From Patescibacteria group bacterium (GTDB taxonomy: Bacteria; Patescibacteriota; Minisyncoccia; Phycocordibacterales; UBA9973), in contig JAZJXT010000003.1 of NCBI GenBank assembly GCA_040390725.1, forward strand, positions 34,502 to 98,501: DNA of 64,000 nt. The letters are read 5' to 3'. A program made the position numbers and the translations under genes. Shown here one piece after another: positions 36,547 through 46,419 of the stretch. Each line of letters begins with the position of its first letter. Position 1 is the stretch's first letter. The notes under the pieces are model-generated. The model did not search any database and was not told where the DNA came from. It worked only from the letters and a program-made list of their open reading frames with translations.

Positions 36547-37506
36547 ATGAAAAAAATAATATACGCTTTATGTTTGATTATGATTGTTTATCTGATTTCA
36601 CCTGTAGTGGCTGAGGCTTCTTGGTGGAATCCAGTTTCTTGGTTTAAAAAAAGTACTCAATTACAAAAAACAATGTCTGTAAATAAAACAGCACCTATTG
36701 GTAAAGACACAGGGAAAGATTATGGAAAAATTGTAAATGACAGAAAGGAAAGTTCTAAAAAAGCGCTTAACACTTTACAGAAATTTTATAAAAATGAGAC
36801 TAAGGTTAAGTCTCAAGAGTCAGCTAATAAAAATACTGAACAGCAAGATATAAGTGATTCCAAAGAAAGTAAACCTAGTATTAAATTACTTTCCCCAAGC
36901 GGTGGAGAGGTGTTTTACTCTTACGATGATGATATAGAATTTAAATGGCAAACTCAAAATATTTCTCCAGAATCTGATGTGTGGGTGGGGGTTCATTTTC
37001 CTGGTACAATAATATATAGCTTAGTTACATCATCAAAAAATGATGGCATTGAGAAGATTTTTGGAACAGCTAATGAATTTAACGAAGGACCCGCAATTAT
37101 ATCTATAGAAGCTACAGACTCAAAAGGTAATGTTATTGCTAGGGATGAATCTACAGTTTCATATAAAATAAATAAACGTACTTCTTCGGGTATTGTAAAT
37201 ATAATTTCTCCAACACCAGGAGCTGTGTATAATCAGGGAGACCAAATCACTATTGATTTTAACACAGATAGCAGGCTTTTAGATTATGGATATAATAAGG
37301 TAAGTGTGGATTTAGGCAGTCCAGATACCTCTTTTAATAAAATATATTATTTTCCTTTTTCAAATTCTATAACTCTTACTGTGCCAAATTATTCAGGTAG
37401 GATTAATGTTGGTATTTTTGTTAGCAAAGACGGTAAAAGTACTGAAAACGTTGATTTTAATAAAGGAATGGTTGCAATAGGAGGAACATTTATTAATGTA
37501 AATTAA
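36547..37506 (+). CDS. Secreted hypothetical protein (signal peptide, Ser/Thr/Asn-rich, beta-rich)
   Basis: MKKIIYALCLIMIVYLISPVVAEA signal peptide; no known domain recognised. Confidence 0.45.
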   Translation: MKKIIYALCLIMIVYLISPVVAEASWWNPVSWFKKSTQLQKTMSVNKTAPIGKDTGKDYGKIVNDRKESSKKALNTLQKFYKNETKVKSQESANKNTEQQDISDSKESKPSIKLLSPSGGEVFYSYDDDIEFKWQTQNISPESDVWVGVHFPGTIIYSLVTSSKNDGIEKIFGTANEFNEGPAIISIEATDSKGNVIARDESTVSYKINKRTSSGIVNIISPTPGAVYNQGDQITIDFNTDSRLLDYGYNKVSVDLGSPDTSFNKIYYFPFSNSITLTVPNYSGRINVGIFVSKDGKSTENVDFNKGMVAIGGTFINVN

Positions 37507-37563
37507 GAATTAGCGAGGGATATCTTTCTGTCACTATTTTATAAATAGGGGATATGGTTAATT

Positions 37564-38211
37564 TTATTTCAAAACTTGACTCAAAAAAGTAGTTAATTCT
37601 TCGCCTTTGATTTCACGCAATTGATTTGGGGTGAGTTTGGCGAGTTTTATGTTCATAATTCTAACACGTTTAAGGTCAGCGACTTCTTGGAATAAGGCAG
37701 AGCACATGCGACGGATTTGGTGTTTCTTGCCTTCGGTTAAAGTGACTCTAAAAGTATTTTCGTTTACTATTTCCACTTTGCATTTTTTTGTATTGTAGCC
37801 TTCGATATTTACGCCGGCTTCCATTTTTTGTTTGAAATTTGAGCGTAGATTTTTGGAAGTTTTGACGACGTATTCTTTTTCGTGAACATATTTTGGATTT
37901 AAAAGTTTGTCGGTTATGCGTCCGTCATTTGTCAGAATCATCAACCCATGTGAAGCTTTGTCGAGCCTGCCTAAAGGGAAGAGGTCTTCTCTGGGTGAGC
38001 CTGTTTCAATACCGACTGGTTTATTGTAAGCATAGTACATATAAACTTTAGGATTTTTGTTTCCTTTTACTTCTACTTTGTCAGATTCATTTACTTTGTC
38101 GCCGAGTTTGGCTATTTTGCCGTTGATAAAAACGAGCTTTTTTTCTATAAGCTCGTCTGCGCCTCGACGTGTGCTTATATTTTTATAAGCCAAGTATTTA
38201 TTTATTCGCAT
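37564..38211 (-). CDS. rRNA pseudouridine synthase (RsuA/RluB family)
   Basis: N-terminal S4 domain (MRINKYLAYKNISTRRGADELIEKKLVFINGK), catalytic motif GRLDKASHGLMILTNDG. Confidence 0.8.
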   Translation of the reverse strand: MRINKYLAYKNISTRRGADELIEKKLVFINGKIAKLGDKVNESDKVEVKGNKNPKVYMYYAYNKPVGIETGSPREDLFPLGRLDKASHGLMILTNDGRITDKLLNPKYVHEKEYVVKTSKNLRSNFKQKMEAGVNIEGYNTKKCKVEIVNENTFRVTLTEGKKHQIRRMCSALFQEVADLKRVRIMNIKLAKLTPNQLREIKGEELTTFLSQVLK

Positions 38212-38231
38212 TGGGTAAATGTTTTCCATTG

Positions 38232-38303
38232 TGCTCCCGTGAGGAATCGAACCTCAATCACAAACTCCGCAAGCTTGCATTCTATCCGTTGAACTACGGG
38301 AGC
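38232..38303 (-). tRNA. tRNA-Arg, anticodon GCG as read from the anticodon loop
   Basis: Minus-strand GCTCCCGTAGTTCAACGGATAGAATGCAAGCTTGCGGAGTTTGTGATTGAGGTTCGATTCCTCACGGGAGCA: 7-bp acceptor stem, anticodon stem CAAGC/GTTTG, loop TTGCGGA, T-loop TTCGATT. Confidence 0.7.
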
Positions 38304-38372
38304 AGTACCAACCTTTAGAGATTAGCAGTTTTCGGGAATAAAATCCACTTTAATTTATTTTTGGTTTAAAGT

Positions 38373-38837
38373 TTAGAAACCCAAAGAGTCCATTATTTTT
38401 TCGGAAATGTGCCCCTTCATTTCTTCTTCGGGTATATTTTTTGATAGCATGAGATTTTTTATTTTTTCTATTTGAGTGTATTCTAGCGTGATTGTCATTA
38501 CCGGCATAAACATGCGTCCTGATTTTAGAAAAAGAGTAGGTTTTGTCTCGGTACTTATATAGAAAGATTTTATTTTTTCATAAGGATAAAAATCGGTGTT
38601 TATTTTTAAACCTTTTTCTCCCAATTCATAAAAAATCATGTCGGGTTTTTTGATAGCAAAATATCCTAACATTAGTCCGCCTAGAACGAGAAGAATTGCA
38701 AAAAAATAATTTTCATAAATAATAGCTGCTGCACTACTGGCAATAACTATAACTCCGAGCGCCCAAAACCAATCAGTGCTTCGTTTTTTGTCTTCGTATT
38801 CTAGCTCTTGCCATTTTATTGTTTCACCCTCATTCAT
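38373..38837 (-). CDS. Hypothetical membrane protein (2 TM)
   Basis: 154 aa, hydrophobic helices near N-terminus; no known domain. Confidence 0.4.
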   Translation of the reverse strand: MNEGETIKWQELEYEDKKRSTDWFWALGVIVIASSAAAIIYENYFFAILLVLGGLMLGYFAIKKPDMIFYELGEKGLKINTDFYPYEKIKSFYISTETKPTLFLKSGRMFMPVMTITLEYTQIEKIKNLMLSKNIPEEEMKGHISEKIMDSLGF

Positions 38838-38867
38838 AATTTAATTATAACAAATGCATTTTATTTA

Positions 38868-38905
38868 CACAAACAAAAACCCCGCTATCTAGCGGGGTTT
38901 TTGTT
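38868..38905. terminator. Bidirectional rho-independent terminator
   Basis: aaaaaccccgctatctagcggggtttttgtt. Confidence 0.75.
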
Positions 38906-38914
38906 GATTATTTA

Positions 38915-39766
38915 TTAATTACCATCATGAGTGCCAGTCGGCTCTTTTTCATTATCATGATCAGTGTCTCCTTTTATTTCTGTTGGCTGATTTTGCATTG
39001 ATTGTTTTAACGTTGCTTTAGCTTGTTCGAGGCCTGTTTTAAAAGCGTCTTGAGCTGTTTTTATCGCTTGTTTTCTGGTTTCCATTAATGCTTTTTGAGT
39101 ATCGTTACTCTTAGTAGCGTTGAGGGTAGTTCTGTCTGTTTTCATTTTTTGGTCGGCAGTTTTTTTAGCTAAATCAAAATTTGTTTTTACTGTTTTTGCG
39201 TCAACTCCTCCTGCACAGTCTGTTTTAGCTTTTGCTAAAGCATCAGTGATTGCAGTTTTGTGTGCTGTTGTTATTGCTAGCAATGCTGTTTTTCTATCAT
39301 TCATAGATACTGTTGCTCCATCACGGAAAGCTTTAACTGCGGCATCAACTGCGTCTTTTCTAGTTTTTATTAATGCATCTACTGTTGTTTGAAAAGTATT
39401 TAATACAACAGCGTTTACATTTACTTTATTACCCATCTTTGCCATTTTGCTTGCTCTTTTTGCATCAGCTTGCGCGCGTCTATCATCAAGCTTACTGTCA
39501 TTATTTGTCCAGTTGTCCTTTATTCTGGACAATGCTTCGTCTTTTCTAGAATTTATTTTTGCATTTTGGTCTTCTGTTTTAGTAAGCCTGGTTTCAAGCA
39601 TTGATAAGTTGTCGCAAAAATTTCCCTTCACTTCTTTTTTGCCCATATCCATGCTTTGTACATCAGTAGTACCTTCTGCTAATGCAAAAGCCGGGCTCAT
39701 AATGGAAAGCATCATCATACCTGAAACACCCACACCTACAAATTTTTTATAATTTTTGTAATTCAT
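38915..39766 (-). CDS. Secreted alpha-helical Ala/Lys/Thr-rich hypothetical protein
   Basis: Signal peptide (…MMMLSIMSPAFALAEG), repetitive KTA-rich helical sequence. Confidence 0.45.
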   Translation of the reverse strand: MNYKNYKKFVGVGVSGMMMLSIMSPAFALAEGTTDVQSMDMGKKEVKGNFCDNLSMLETRLTKTEDQNAKINSRKDEALSRIKDNWTNNDSKLDDRRAQADAKRASKMAKMGNKVNVNAVVLNTFQTTVDALIKTRKDAVDAAVKAFRDGATVSMNDRKTALLAITTAHKTAITDALAKAKTDCAGGVDAKTVKTNFDLAKKTADQKMKTDRTTLNATKSNDTQKALMETRKQAIKTAQDAFKTGLEQAKATLKQSMQNQPTEIKGDTDHDNEKEPTGTHDGN

Positions 39767-39889
39767 AATATTTTTTAAGTTATTTTAATAATTTTTTTTT
39801 AATAAAACTAAATTAAGCTTATAATTTCGACTATTTAAACGGTAAAAATACCTATTTTCTATAATAGCACTTTGTAAATTTTTTGCGAG

Positions 39890-40690
39890 TTATTTCCTGT
39901 ATTGCCTTATTTCATCGCGTAATTTTTGCGCTTCTTCTTTTGGATTTTCAGAGAAGATAATATTGCGGGCGGAGTGGATTATTAACCCTCGTCCTTTACT
40001 ATTTTGTCCTGCTTGCATAATTTCTTTTATGCTTCCTCCTTGTGCACCTATACCAGGCACGAGGAAAGTCATATCACCGGTAATTTCACGAATTTTTTTC
40101 ATTTCTTCGGGATATGTAGCACCAACAGCTAGTATGCAATTTTGATTAGTGTTCCATTTATTTGTTACGCTTTCCGCCATTATTTGCCAAAGAGGTTTAC
40201 CGTCAATTATTAGATTTTGGAATTCTCTGGAATCAGGATTGGAATTTCGACACATTATTATGCAACCTTTTTCTTTTCTTTCCAAGAATGGCATAAGCGA
40301 TTCGATGCCTAAATAAGGATGTAATGTAATAGAGTCAAAATTTAGCCAATCAAAAGCGAATGCCACATAGCCATTGTTGGTATTGCCTATATCTCCGCGC
40401 TTGGCGTCAAAAATTGTAAAGATGCTAGGATGATTTTGGTTTAAATAGTCAATCGTCATTTTGAGCTCGTGTATGCCTTGTTCTCCACGTGCTTCATAAA
40501 AAGCGCTATTTATTTTAAAACTCGCTGCATATTCATTTGTTTCTTCGATAATCCATTTATTAAATTCAAATTGCGGAAATTGCATATCTAAAAAACGTTT
40601 TGGAATTTTATTGAAATCAGCATCGAGGCCCACACAGAGGAGGGAATTTACATCTTCTACTCTTTTATCAAATTTTTTTATTGGATTCAT
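39890..40690 (-). CDS. pyrF: Orotidine 5'-phosphate decarboxylase (type 2)
   Basis: Active-site motif FDAKRGDIGNT (DxKxxDI); 266 aa consistent with long-type ODCase; adjacent to pyrE. Confidence 0.8.
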   Translation of the reverse strand: MNPIKKFDKRVEDVNSLLCVGLDADFNKIPKRFLDMQFPQFEFNKWIIEETNEYAASFKINSAFYEARGEQGIHELKMTIDYLNQNHPSIFTIFDAKRGDIGNTNNGYVAFAFDWLNFDSITLHPYLGIESLMPFLERKEKGCIIMCRNSNPDSREFQNLIIDGKPLWQIMAESVTNKWNTNQNCILAVGATYPEEMKKIREITGDMTFLVPGIGAQGGSIKEIMQAGQNSKGRGLIIHSARNIIFSENPKEEAQKLRDEIRQYRK

Positions 40691-41310
40691 ATATTTTTTT
40701 CTAAAAATTTTTTACCATGTCCAACTTTTATATTTATTGGTACACCATTTTTACATAATGGACATTCTTCTGCTGTGTACATTGTTATTTCATATTCACT
40801 TAATGAATCAAAAGTATCTCCCAGCATTTTTTTGTTTACAACTGTTGGATTTTTGTTTACCATCACGCATACGCCTACTATTATTCCGTCATTTTGTTTT
40901 ACTGCATTGATTGTTTTTAAAACCGATCCACCGGTGGTGACTATGTCTTCGATAATTAAAACTTTTTTTCCTTTTACGTATTCGTCATATCCTCGGGTGA
41001 AAACCTGATTTTTTTCTGCATCTTTTTCTGTATAAATTCCTAAGACTTCTTTGCCGGTTAATTTTGTCAGATGATACGCAGTCCATTGTGATAAAATTAT
41101 CCCGCCCAAAGCCGGCGCGACGACTATCTCCACATCAGCATCTTTGTATTTTTCCGCGAAAAGTTTACCCATTTCTGAAGCGTATTGTGTGTGCGGATAC
41201 AAAGCGTCTTTATTTATATAAGTATCAAAATGAAGCCCTGAAGTACCCACAAAATGACTATTTTCTAGCATTGCTCCAGATTTCTTTAATATTTCGATTG
41301 CTTCATTCAC
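40687..41310 (-). CDS. pyrE: Orotate phosphoribosyltransferase
   Basis: PRPP-binding motif VLIIEDIVTTGGS; stop overlaps the pyrF start; C-terminal CPLC extension. Confidence 0.8.
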   Translation of the reverse strand: MNEAIEILKKSGAMLENSHFVGTSGLHFDTYINKDALYPHTQYASEMGKLFAEKYKDADVEIVVAPALGGIILSQWTAYHLTKLTGKEVLGIYTEKDAEKNQVFTRGYDEYVKGKKVLIIEDIVTTGGSVLKTINAVKQNDGIIVGVCVMVNKNPTVVNKKMLGDTFDSLSEYEITMYTAEECPLCKNGVPINIKVGHGKKFLEKNI

Positions 41311-41474
41311 AGATGTATTATATTAGATTTATGAAAAATATCGCTCTTGACAAATTTATGTATTTATATAGACTTATAAATGAATTTCCAGCTTATATAT
41401 TATATTATGCTGGAGCTCAAAAGGAGTTAGCTGAAAATCCTTTAAAGAGTAAGCATGTTCATTAATTTATCGTT

Positions 41475-41927
41475 ATGGCCGTAAGAGTAGCTATGTTTGG
41501 TGCCGGGAATTCCTGGCGCAAAAAATTTAAGTCGGAATATGAAAAACACGGTATTCCATTTTATGATATTTTGAAAAATTCAAAAAATATAATGAAATAC
41601 ATAGAATATCCTGTCATTGTTTGTCCTGTGTCCGGGGAGGACTATGGTTTTGATGCTATAGCTCAGGTGGATTTCTTTATTTCCAAACTAACGGAAATGC
41701 CGGGTGGGTACGGAAGAGATGTTTGTTTTTTTATTGAGAGAAAGCTCGACGAAAAATTAAAAAATACATTTCTAAGAAGGTTATCCGACCATGCTCGTGC
41801 CCGTGTTGTTCACACCTTAAAAAAAGTAATTACGAATAAGAAGGTAAACGTAAATGCTAATATTCATCTCATTGATTCAATGGATGAGTTGCTGGACTTT
41901 AGTATTCGTTTAGCGAACTATAGGTAG
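41475..41927 (+). CDS. Hypothetical protein embedded in the pyr gene cluster
   Basis: 150 aa, MAVRVAMFGAGNSWRK… Gly-rich N-terminus; no confident family. Confidence 0.35.
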   Translation: MAVRVAMFGAGNSWRKKFKSEYEKHGIPFYDILKNSKNIMKYIEYPVIVCPVSGEDYGFDAIAQVDFFISKLTEMPGGYGRDVCFFIERKLDEKLKNTFLRRLSDHARARVVHTLKKVITNKKVNVNANIHLIDSMDELLDFSIRLANYR

Positions 41928-41997
41928 TGAAAGAACTGTCTAAATAAAAAAACACGCATGGATTTTATTTCTATACGTGTTTTATTTTTGTAAATTT

Positions 41998-43029
41998 TTA
42001 AATTCCGTCCATCAATCCTTGACAGATATCGCGGACGATGCCTGGGCCTTCGTATATGAAGCCGGTGTATATTTGTACTAATGATGCGCCGGCGCGGAGC
42101 TTTTCTTCAGCATCAGTGGAAGTGAATATTCCACCGGAAGCGATGATAGTTATTTTGCCTTTGCTTTTTGTGTGGATATATTTTATTACTTCTGTGGAAC
42201 TTTCTCGTAGGGGTATTCCGCTTACTCCGCCATTGCCCATTTCTGCGACTTCTCTGGGTGGAGTTTTTAATCCTATTCTGTTTAGTGTAGTGTTGGTAGC
42301 CACGATGCCATGCAATTCTGTTTTTTCTACCACTTCGATAATGTCATCGAGTTGTTCAGGGGAAAGGTCGGGAGATATTTTTAATAAGATTGGCTTTAGT
42401 TTCGCTTGTTTTTTATTTAATTCTTGCAGTTTGCTCAGTAATTCTTGCAAGGGTTGTTTATCTTGCAGTTCTCGCAGGCCGGGAGTATTTGGACTGCTGA
42501 CATTTATTACAAAATAATCCACGACATCATATAATTCCAAAAAACATTTTTCATAATCTTCATACGCTTTTTCATTCGGTGTATTTTTATTTTTCCCGAT
42601 ATTTCCACCGATGATTATTTTTTCATTTTTATTTTTTAATCTTGATGCTATTTTTTTTACTCCATCATTATTGAACCCCATTCTATTTATGAGCGCTCGG
42701 TCATGAGGCAGTCTAAAAAGTCGAGGGACAGGGTTGCCATCTTGAGGTATAGGGGTGACAGTGCCTATTTCAATAAAACCAAAACCCAGGCATGACAAAG
42801 AATCAGTATGTCTGGCATTTTTATCAAAACCAGCAGCGAGCCCGACAGGGTTTGGAAAAGTTATACCCCACAATGTGCGCTCTAGGGTTTTGTCTTTTAT
42901 GTCAAAAGAAGACCTCAACCATGCGCGTCCAAATGGAAGATAATAAACAAAAGAAAGCATTTTCATTGCATAGTGATGGGCTCTTTCCGGGTCTGTTTTT
43001 AATAATATTTTATGAAAATACTTATACAT
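41998..43029 (-). CDS. pyrD: Dihydroorotate dehydrogenase (quinone, class 2)
   Basis: N-terminal membrane-association region similar to E. coli PyrD (MYKYFHKILLKTDPERAHH…), FMN-binding motifs GFIEIGTVTP and NVSSPNTPGLR; longer ORF to 43059. Confidence 0.85.
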   Translation of the reverse strand: MYKYFHKILLKTDPERAHHYAMKMLSFVYYLPFGRAWLRSSFDIKDKTLERTLWGITFPNPVGLAAGFDKNARHTDSLSCLGFGFIEIGTVTPIPQDGNPVPRLFRLPHDRALINRMGFNNDGVKKIASRLKNKNEKIIIGGNIGKNKNTPNEKAYEDYEKCFLELYDVVDYFVINVSSPNTPGLRELQDKQPLQELLSKLQELNKKQAKLKPILLKISPDLSPEQLDDIIEVVEKTELHGIVATNTTLNRIGLKTPPREVAEMGNGGVSGIPLRESSTEVIKYIHTKSKGKITIIASGGIFTSTDAEEKLRAGASLVQIYTGFIYEGPGIVRDICQGLMDGI

Positions 43030-43116
43030 GCTGCTTATTATAGCATGATATGTTTTCATGTGTTATGCTGTAATGGTTAAATTAGTTTATTATTATATTA
43101 ATTTTAAATATTTTTT

Positions 43117-43740
43117 ATGAAAAATAAAATTTCAAATAGTTTATCAATATGTATTGTTGTCGCAGTCGTCGTTTTGTTTTCTTATTTTTTTATTCATAAA
43201 AGTAAAAAAGAAGAAATGGCAATGAATCAAGTAGCATCACTAGCAGGAATGCAGACGGGGTATTTTCCATGGAAAGCAGAAAGAGAACACCTTCGTGAGC
43301 GCTTGGACAGCATAGGTTTGCCTGCATTATCAGAAGAGGGTGTGGCATTGCATATTCATCAACACTTGGATATTTTTATAGATGGAAAATCAGTATCTAT
43401 TCCTGAATACATAGGTATAGATGCTATGGAAAAGTTTATTTCTATAATTCACACGCACGATACTTCTGGAATGATTCACGTAGAATCACCAAAAGTTGAT
43501 AAATTTACATTAGGACAATTTTTTGATATTTGGGGTGTGAGTTTGACACAAAATTCTATTGGCGGATATGCAAATCAAAATGATAAAATGTTAAAAGTTT
43601 TTGTAAATGGAAAAGAAATCACAACAGACCCGCGTGAATTAGCGCTCGAAGCTCATCAAGAAATAGTGATAACTTATGGAACTGAAAAAGAAATTCCTAA
43701 TCCTATCCCAAGTAAGTATGATTTCCCAGAGGGGGAGTAG
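43117..43740 (+). CDS. Membrane-anchored hypothetical protein
   Basis: N-terminal TM helix then soluble His-rich domain (HIHQH…IIHTHDTSGMIH). Confidence 0.4.
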   Translation: MKNKISNSLSICIVVAVVVLFSYFFIHKSKKEEMAMNQVASLAGMQTGYFPWKAEREHLRERLDSIGLPALSEEGVALHIHQHLDIFIDGKSVSIPEYIGIDAMEKFISIIHTHDTSGMIHVESPKVDKFTLGQFFDIWGVSLTQNSIGGYANQNDKMLKVFVNGKEITTDPRELALEAHQEIVITYGTEKEIPNPIPSKYDFPEGE

Positions 43741-43908
43741 CATTTTAATCTAGGAAATAAATGATTGACTTTTGACGTGGAAACTGTAAAGTTACAGCAA
43801 ATGCTCTTTGAATGTGAGGTTAATAAGTTAAGAAATCGCCCTCGGTGTCAGTGCTTTAATCCAGCCTTGGTTCTTAGCGCGATTTTTTAACCTTTAATCT
43901 ATATAACA

Positions 43909-44427
43909 ATGAAAGACAAAACGTTTAAGATCAGAAACTCCCATGGAGAAGTGGTGGAATTTAGAGTTCCCCGTATGTTTAGTTTTAAAAAGGCCTACTC
44001 GAAGCTTTTAAAAAATTATACAAAAACAATCAGAGAACTTCGCAGTTTTCTGATTCAAGTTATGGAGGAATCCGGTATCGTTCTGCCAGAAAACAATGTT
44101 TCACTCTCCGATATTCGTGTTGATGATACGGGGTATTATTTTGAAATTTTTTCTTCTCTGGACGAAGGAACAATGATGATGAAGGTTTCGATAAATGAGT
44201 GGGGTGAATGTAAAATCCAATTCCTGAAGTATTTTTTTGATCCTGAGGAAAGAAAAAAGGAACACAAGTTTAAAATAAATGATGATTATATACAAAAAGT
44301 CTCTCAAATATTTTACCTGGAACAAAGCTTCAGGCCAATTGATACAATTATCTCTTTGGCTGGAGAAATTACAAAATTCTTCCAGCTCGAGATAGACAGA
44401 GTTGCTATTACAAGCAACTACAACTAA
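43909..44427 (+). CDS. Hypothetical protein, 172 aa
   Basis: Intact ORF; terminator aaatccgcg-attattaaa-cgcggatttatttttt at about 44446-44480. Confidence 0.4.
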   Translation: MKDKTFKIRNSHGEVVEFRVPRMFSFKKAYSKLLKNYTKTIRELRSFLIQVMEESGIVLPENNVSLSDIRVDDTGYYFEIFSSLDEGTMMMKVSINEWGECKIQFLKYFFDPEERKKEHKFKINDDYIQKVSQIFYLEQSFRPIDTIISLAGEITKFFQLEIDRVAITSNYN

Positions 44428-44509
44428 AAAATATTGTATTTTATTAAAAATCCGCGATTATTAAACGCGGATTTATTTTTTGTATTTTTAACAGTATAGT
44501 ATACTTAGG

Positions 44510-45130
44510 TTGTTAAGTTTTTATATAGTTTTCTTTTTTTATATGTATATTATTTTGCATCAAATAGGAATATTTTTAAGTTTTTCCAAGTATGTTTTGG
44601 TATTTTTAGGTTGTATAGTTGAAGGCCCGATAGTGATGATGACTAGCGGGTTCTTGCTTCGCACGGGTCAATTTAATTTTTGGCCTTTGTATTTTTGTTT
44701 AGTAGGAGGGGATTTTGTGGCGGATATCGGTTGGTATTTTGTCGGGCGTTATGCGGCTAGGAAAATGCTTTTTAAAATTGGTGGATTTTTTGGTATTACT
44801 CCAGAGATTGTTGAAAAAATAGAACATCGCTTTAGGAAACATCAGGATAAAATTTTATTTATTTCGAAAATTACAATGGGCTTTGGTTTTGCTCTGGCGA
44901 CATTGCTCGTAGCAGGTATTTTACGCGTGCCTTTCAAACGGTATGTTTTTCTAAATCTTTTTGGTGGTTTTATTTGGACGGCATTTCTGATAACAGTCGG
45001 GTACTTTTTCGGAAATGTTTACACACTTCTCTCCGGGCCGTTTAAAATTTTATTTATAGCAGTTATAATTTGCGGAGGTATATTATCCCTAAGGGCTATA
45101 AACAAATATTTAATTAAAAAAGATATTTAA
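44510..45130 (+). CDS. DedA/TVP38-family membrane protein
   Basis: Multi-TM; …EGPIVMMTSGFLLRTGQFNFWPL… and GxxxG-rich loops similar to DedA; start uncertain. Confidence 0.5.
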   Translation: MLSFYIVFFFYMYIILHQIGIFLSFSKYVLVFLGCIVEGPIVMMTSGFLLRTGQFNFWPLYFCLVGGDFVADIGWYFVGRYAARKMLFKIGGFFGITPEIVEKIEHRFRKHQDKILFISKITMGFGFALATLLVAGILRVPFKRYVFLNLFGGFIWTAFLITVGYFFGNVYTLLSGPFKILFIAVIICGGILSLRAINKYLIKKDI

Positions 45131-45192
45131 AAAATTATAAAATAGCAAAAAGAAAAACCTTAACAGAAGTTTTATTTTCTGTTAAGGTTTCA

Positions 45193-45465
45193 TTAGTCTT
45201 TTGACATTGTAAATGCTCCCGCGATGCATATTATAAAAAATATCACTACAAAAAAAATCCCCATTAACCCTACCCAATTTACTGGGGGATAAATGGTTAA
45301 ATGCCGAAAGTTTCGGCTTACCTCAGTGGGGAACAAATGGGGGTAGCCAAAAAATAGGGCAGACATGGTGGTAAGGCCACCAACGCCTATCACTAAAAAT
45401 ACTAACCTAGTGATGAGGTCTTTTATTGCTGACAACATATATATTGGGTTTAAAGATTTCCACAA
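45193..45465 (-). CDS. Small membrane protein, 90 aa
   Basis: Two hydrophobic helices; bidirectional hairpin at about 45158-45195. Confidence 0.35.
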   Translation of the reverse strand: MWKSLNPIYMLSAIKDLITRLVFLVIGVGGLTTMSALFFGYPHLFPTEVSRNFRHLTIYPPVNWVGLMGIFFVVIFFIICIAGAFTMSKD

Positions 45466-45605
45466 ATCTCAATAAAAGAGCTGTGGGAACCCTTAAAACC
45501 AATTTTTTAAAGAACTAAATCTACCTTTATATTATATACCCTTTTTGTAAAAAAGTCAAGGCTAAATAGGTAATACTATAAAATAAGCTTTAAAATAGAG
45601 GTCTT

Positions 45606-46226
45606 TTAGATATTTAAAATTGTAAAAAAAATGGAGCCCAAAGGTAGGCTCCAGTTGTTTTCGTGTTCTCTTTTTTTAAATTTCCACTCCGGGTGGTTTT
45701 TCTCAATCCATTTTCTTTGATCAAGACGTTCGTTAGCTCCATCGTAGATTACGAGTCCAGCCCATATTAATAATAAAAATAATCCAATTATTTTTTGTAA
45801 ATTATTTCCATAATGCCAATAGACAGGCAAGATGGTAATAATTAAATAAAGAAATATTTGTACTATGAATATAGCATGCCACAAATCCATGACTTCCTGG
45901 GGTTTTGTTGCGGCTGTATAAATCATGGACATTATGAAACCAAATAAAGCAACACCGAAATGAAATGCCTTGCTTTCCATCCAGTTAGCAGGGCTAAAAT
46001 ACCATTGCTTTATAATGTTTGTTGCTATCAAAATAAAGATAGCTAGTCCCATATCCCCAAATCTGGATGAATAGGCAACATCATAACCTGCGCCTTCAAA
46101 ATACCAGCGCCCTATCCAGAGCATTGAGTATAAAAGTCCATAAATTAATATTAGCACCCAAGTGGGGGTTGATTTTAGGAAGTAATGGCTTCCGAATAAA
46201 TCATTGCTTTTTCTGAGTTTTAACAT
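45606..46226 (-). CDS. Hypothetical integral membrane protein (about 6 TM)
   Basis: 206 aa hydrophobic ORF. Confidence 0.45.
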   Translation of the reverse strand: MLKLRKSNDLFGSHYFLKSTPTWVLILIYGLLYSMLWIGRWYFEGAGYDVAYSSRFGDMGLAIFILIATNIIKQWYFSPANWMESKAFHFGVALFGFIMSMIYTAATKPQEVMDLWHAIFIVQIFLYLIITILPVYWHYGNNLQKIIGLFLLLIWAGLVIYDGANERLDQRKWIEKNHPEWKFKKREHENNWSLPLGSIFFTILNI

Positions 46227-46419
46227 AAGGATTTAATTAAGTGGACGGAAAAGACTTTAATATATAAAATATAGAAAAAATCTACTCTGTCCACCCAATA
46301 AAATCAATTTCAAAGAGCTAATGCTGTTTTAAACATAGCATATTAAATATGCATTTGTCAACGCAGGCGCAAGTAAAAAATATGCTAAACTGAAGTGGTA
46401 TTTCAGTAAATCATTTTTT

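Noticed and set aside
41347-41375. Promoter upstream of the ORF at 41475
   Set aside because: A TTGACA is present, but no convincingly spaced -10 hexamer could be fixed (the TATATA and TAGACT alternatives give 11- or 17-nt spacers); not reported as a feature.
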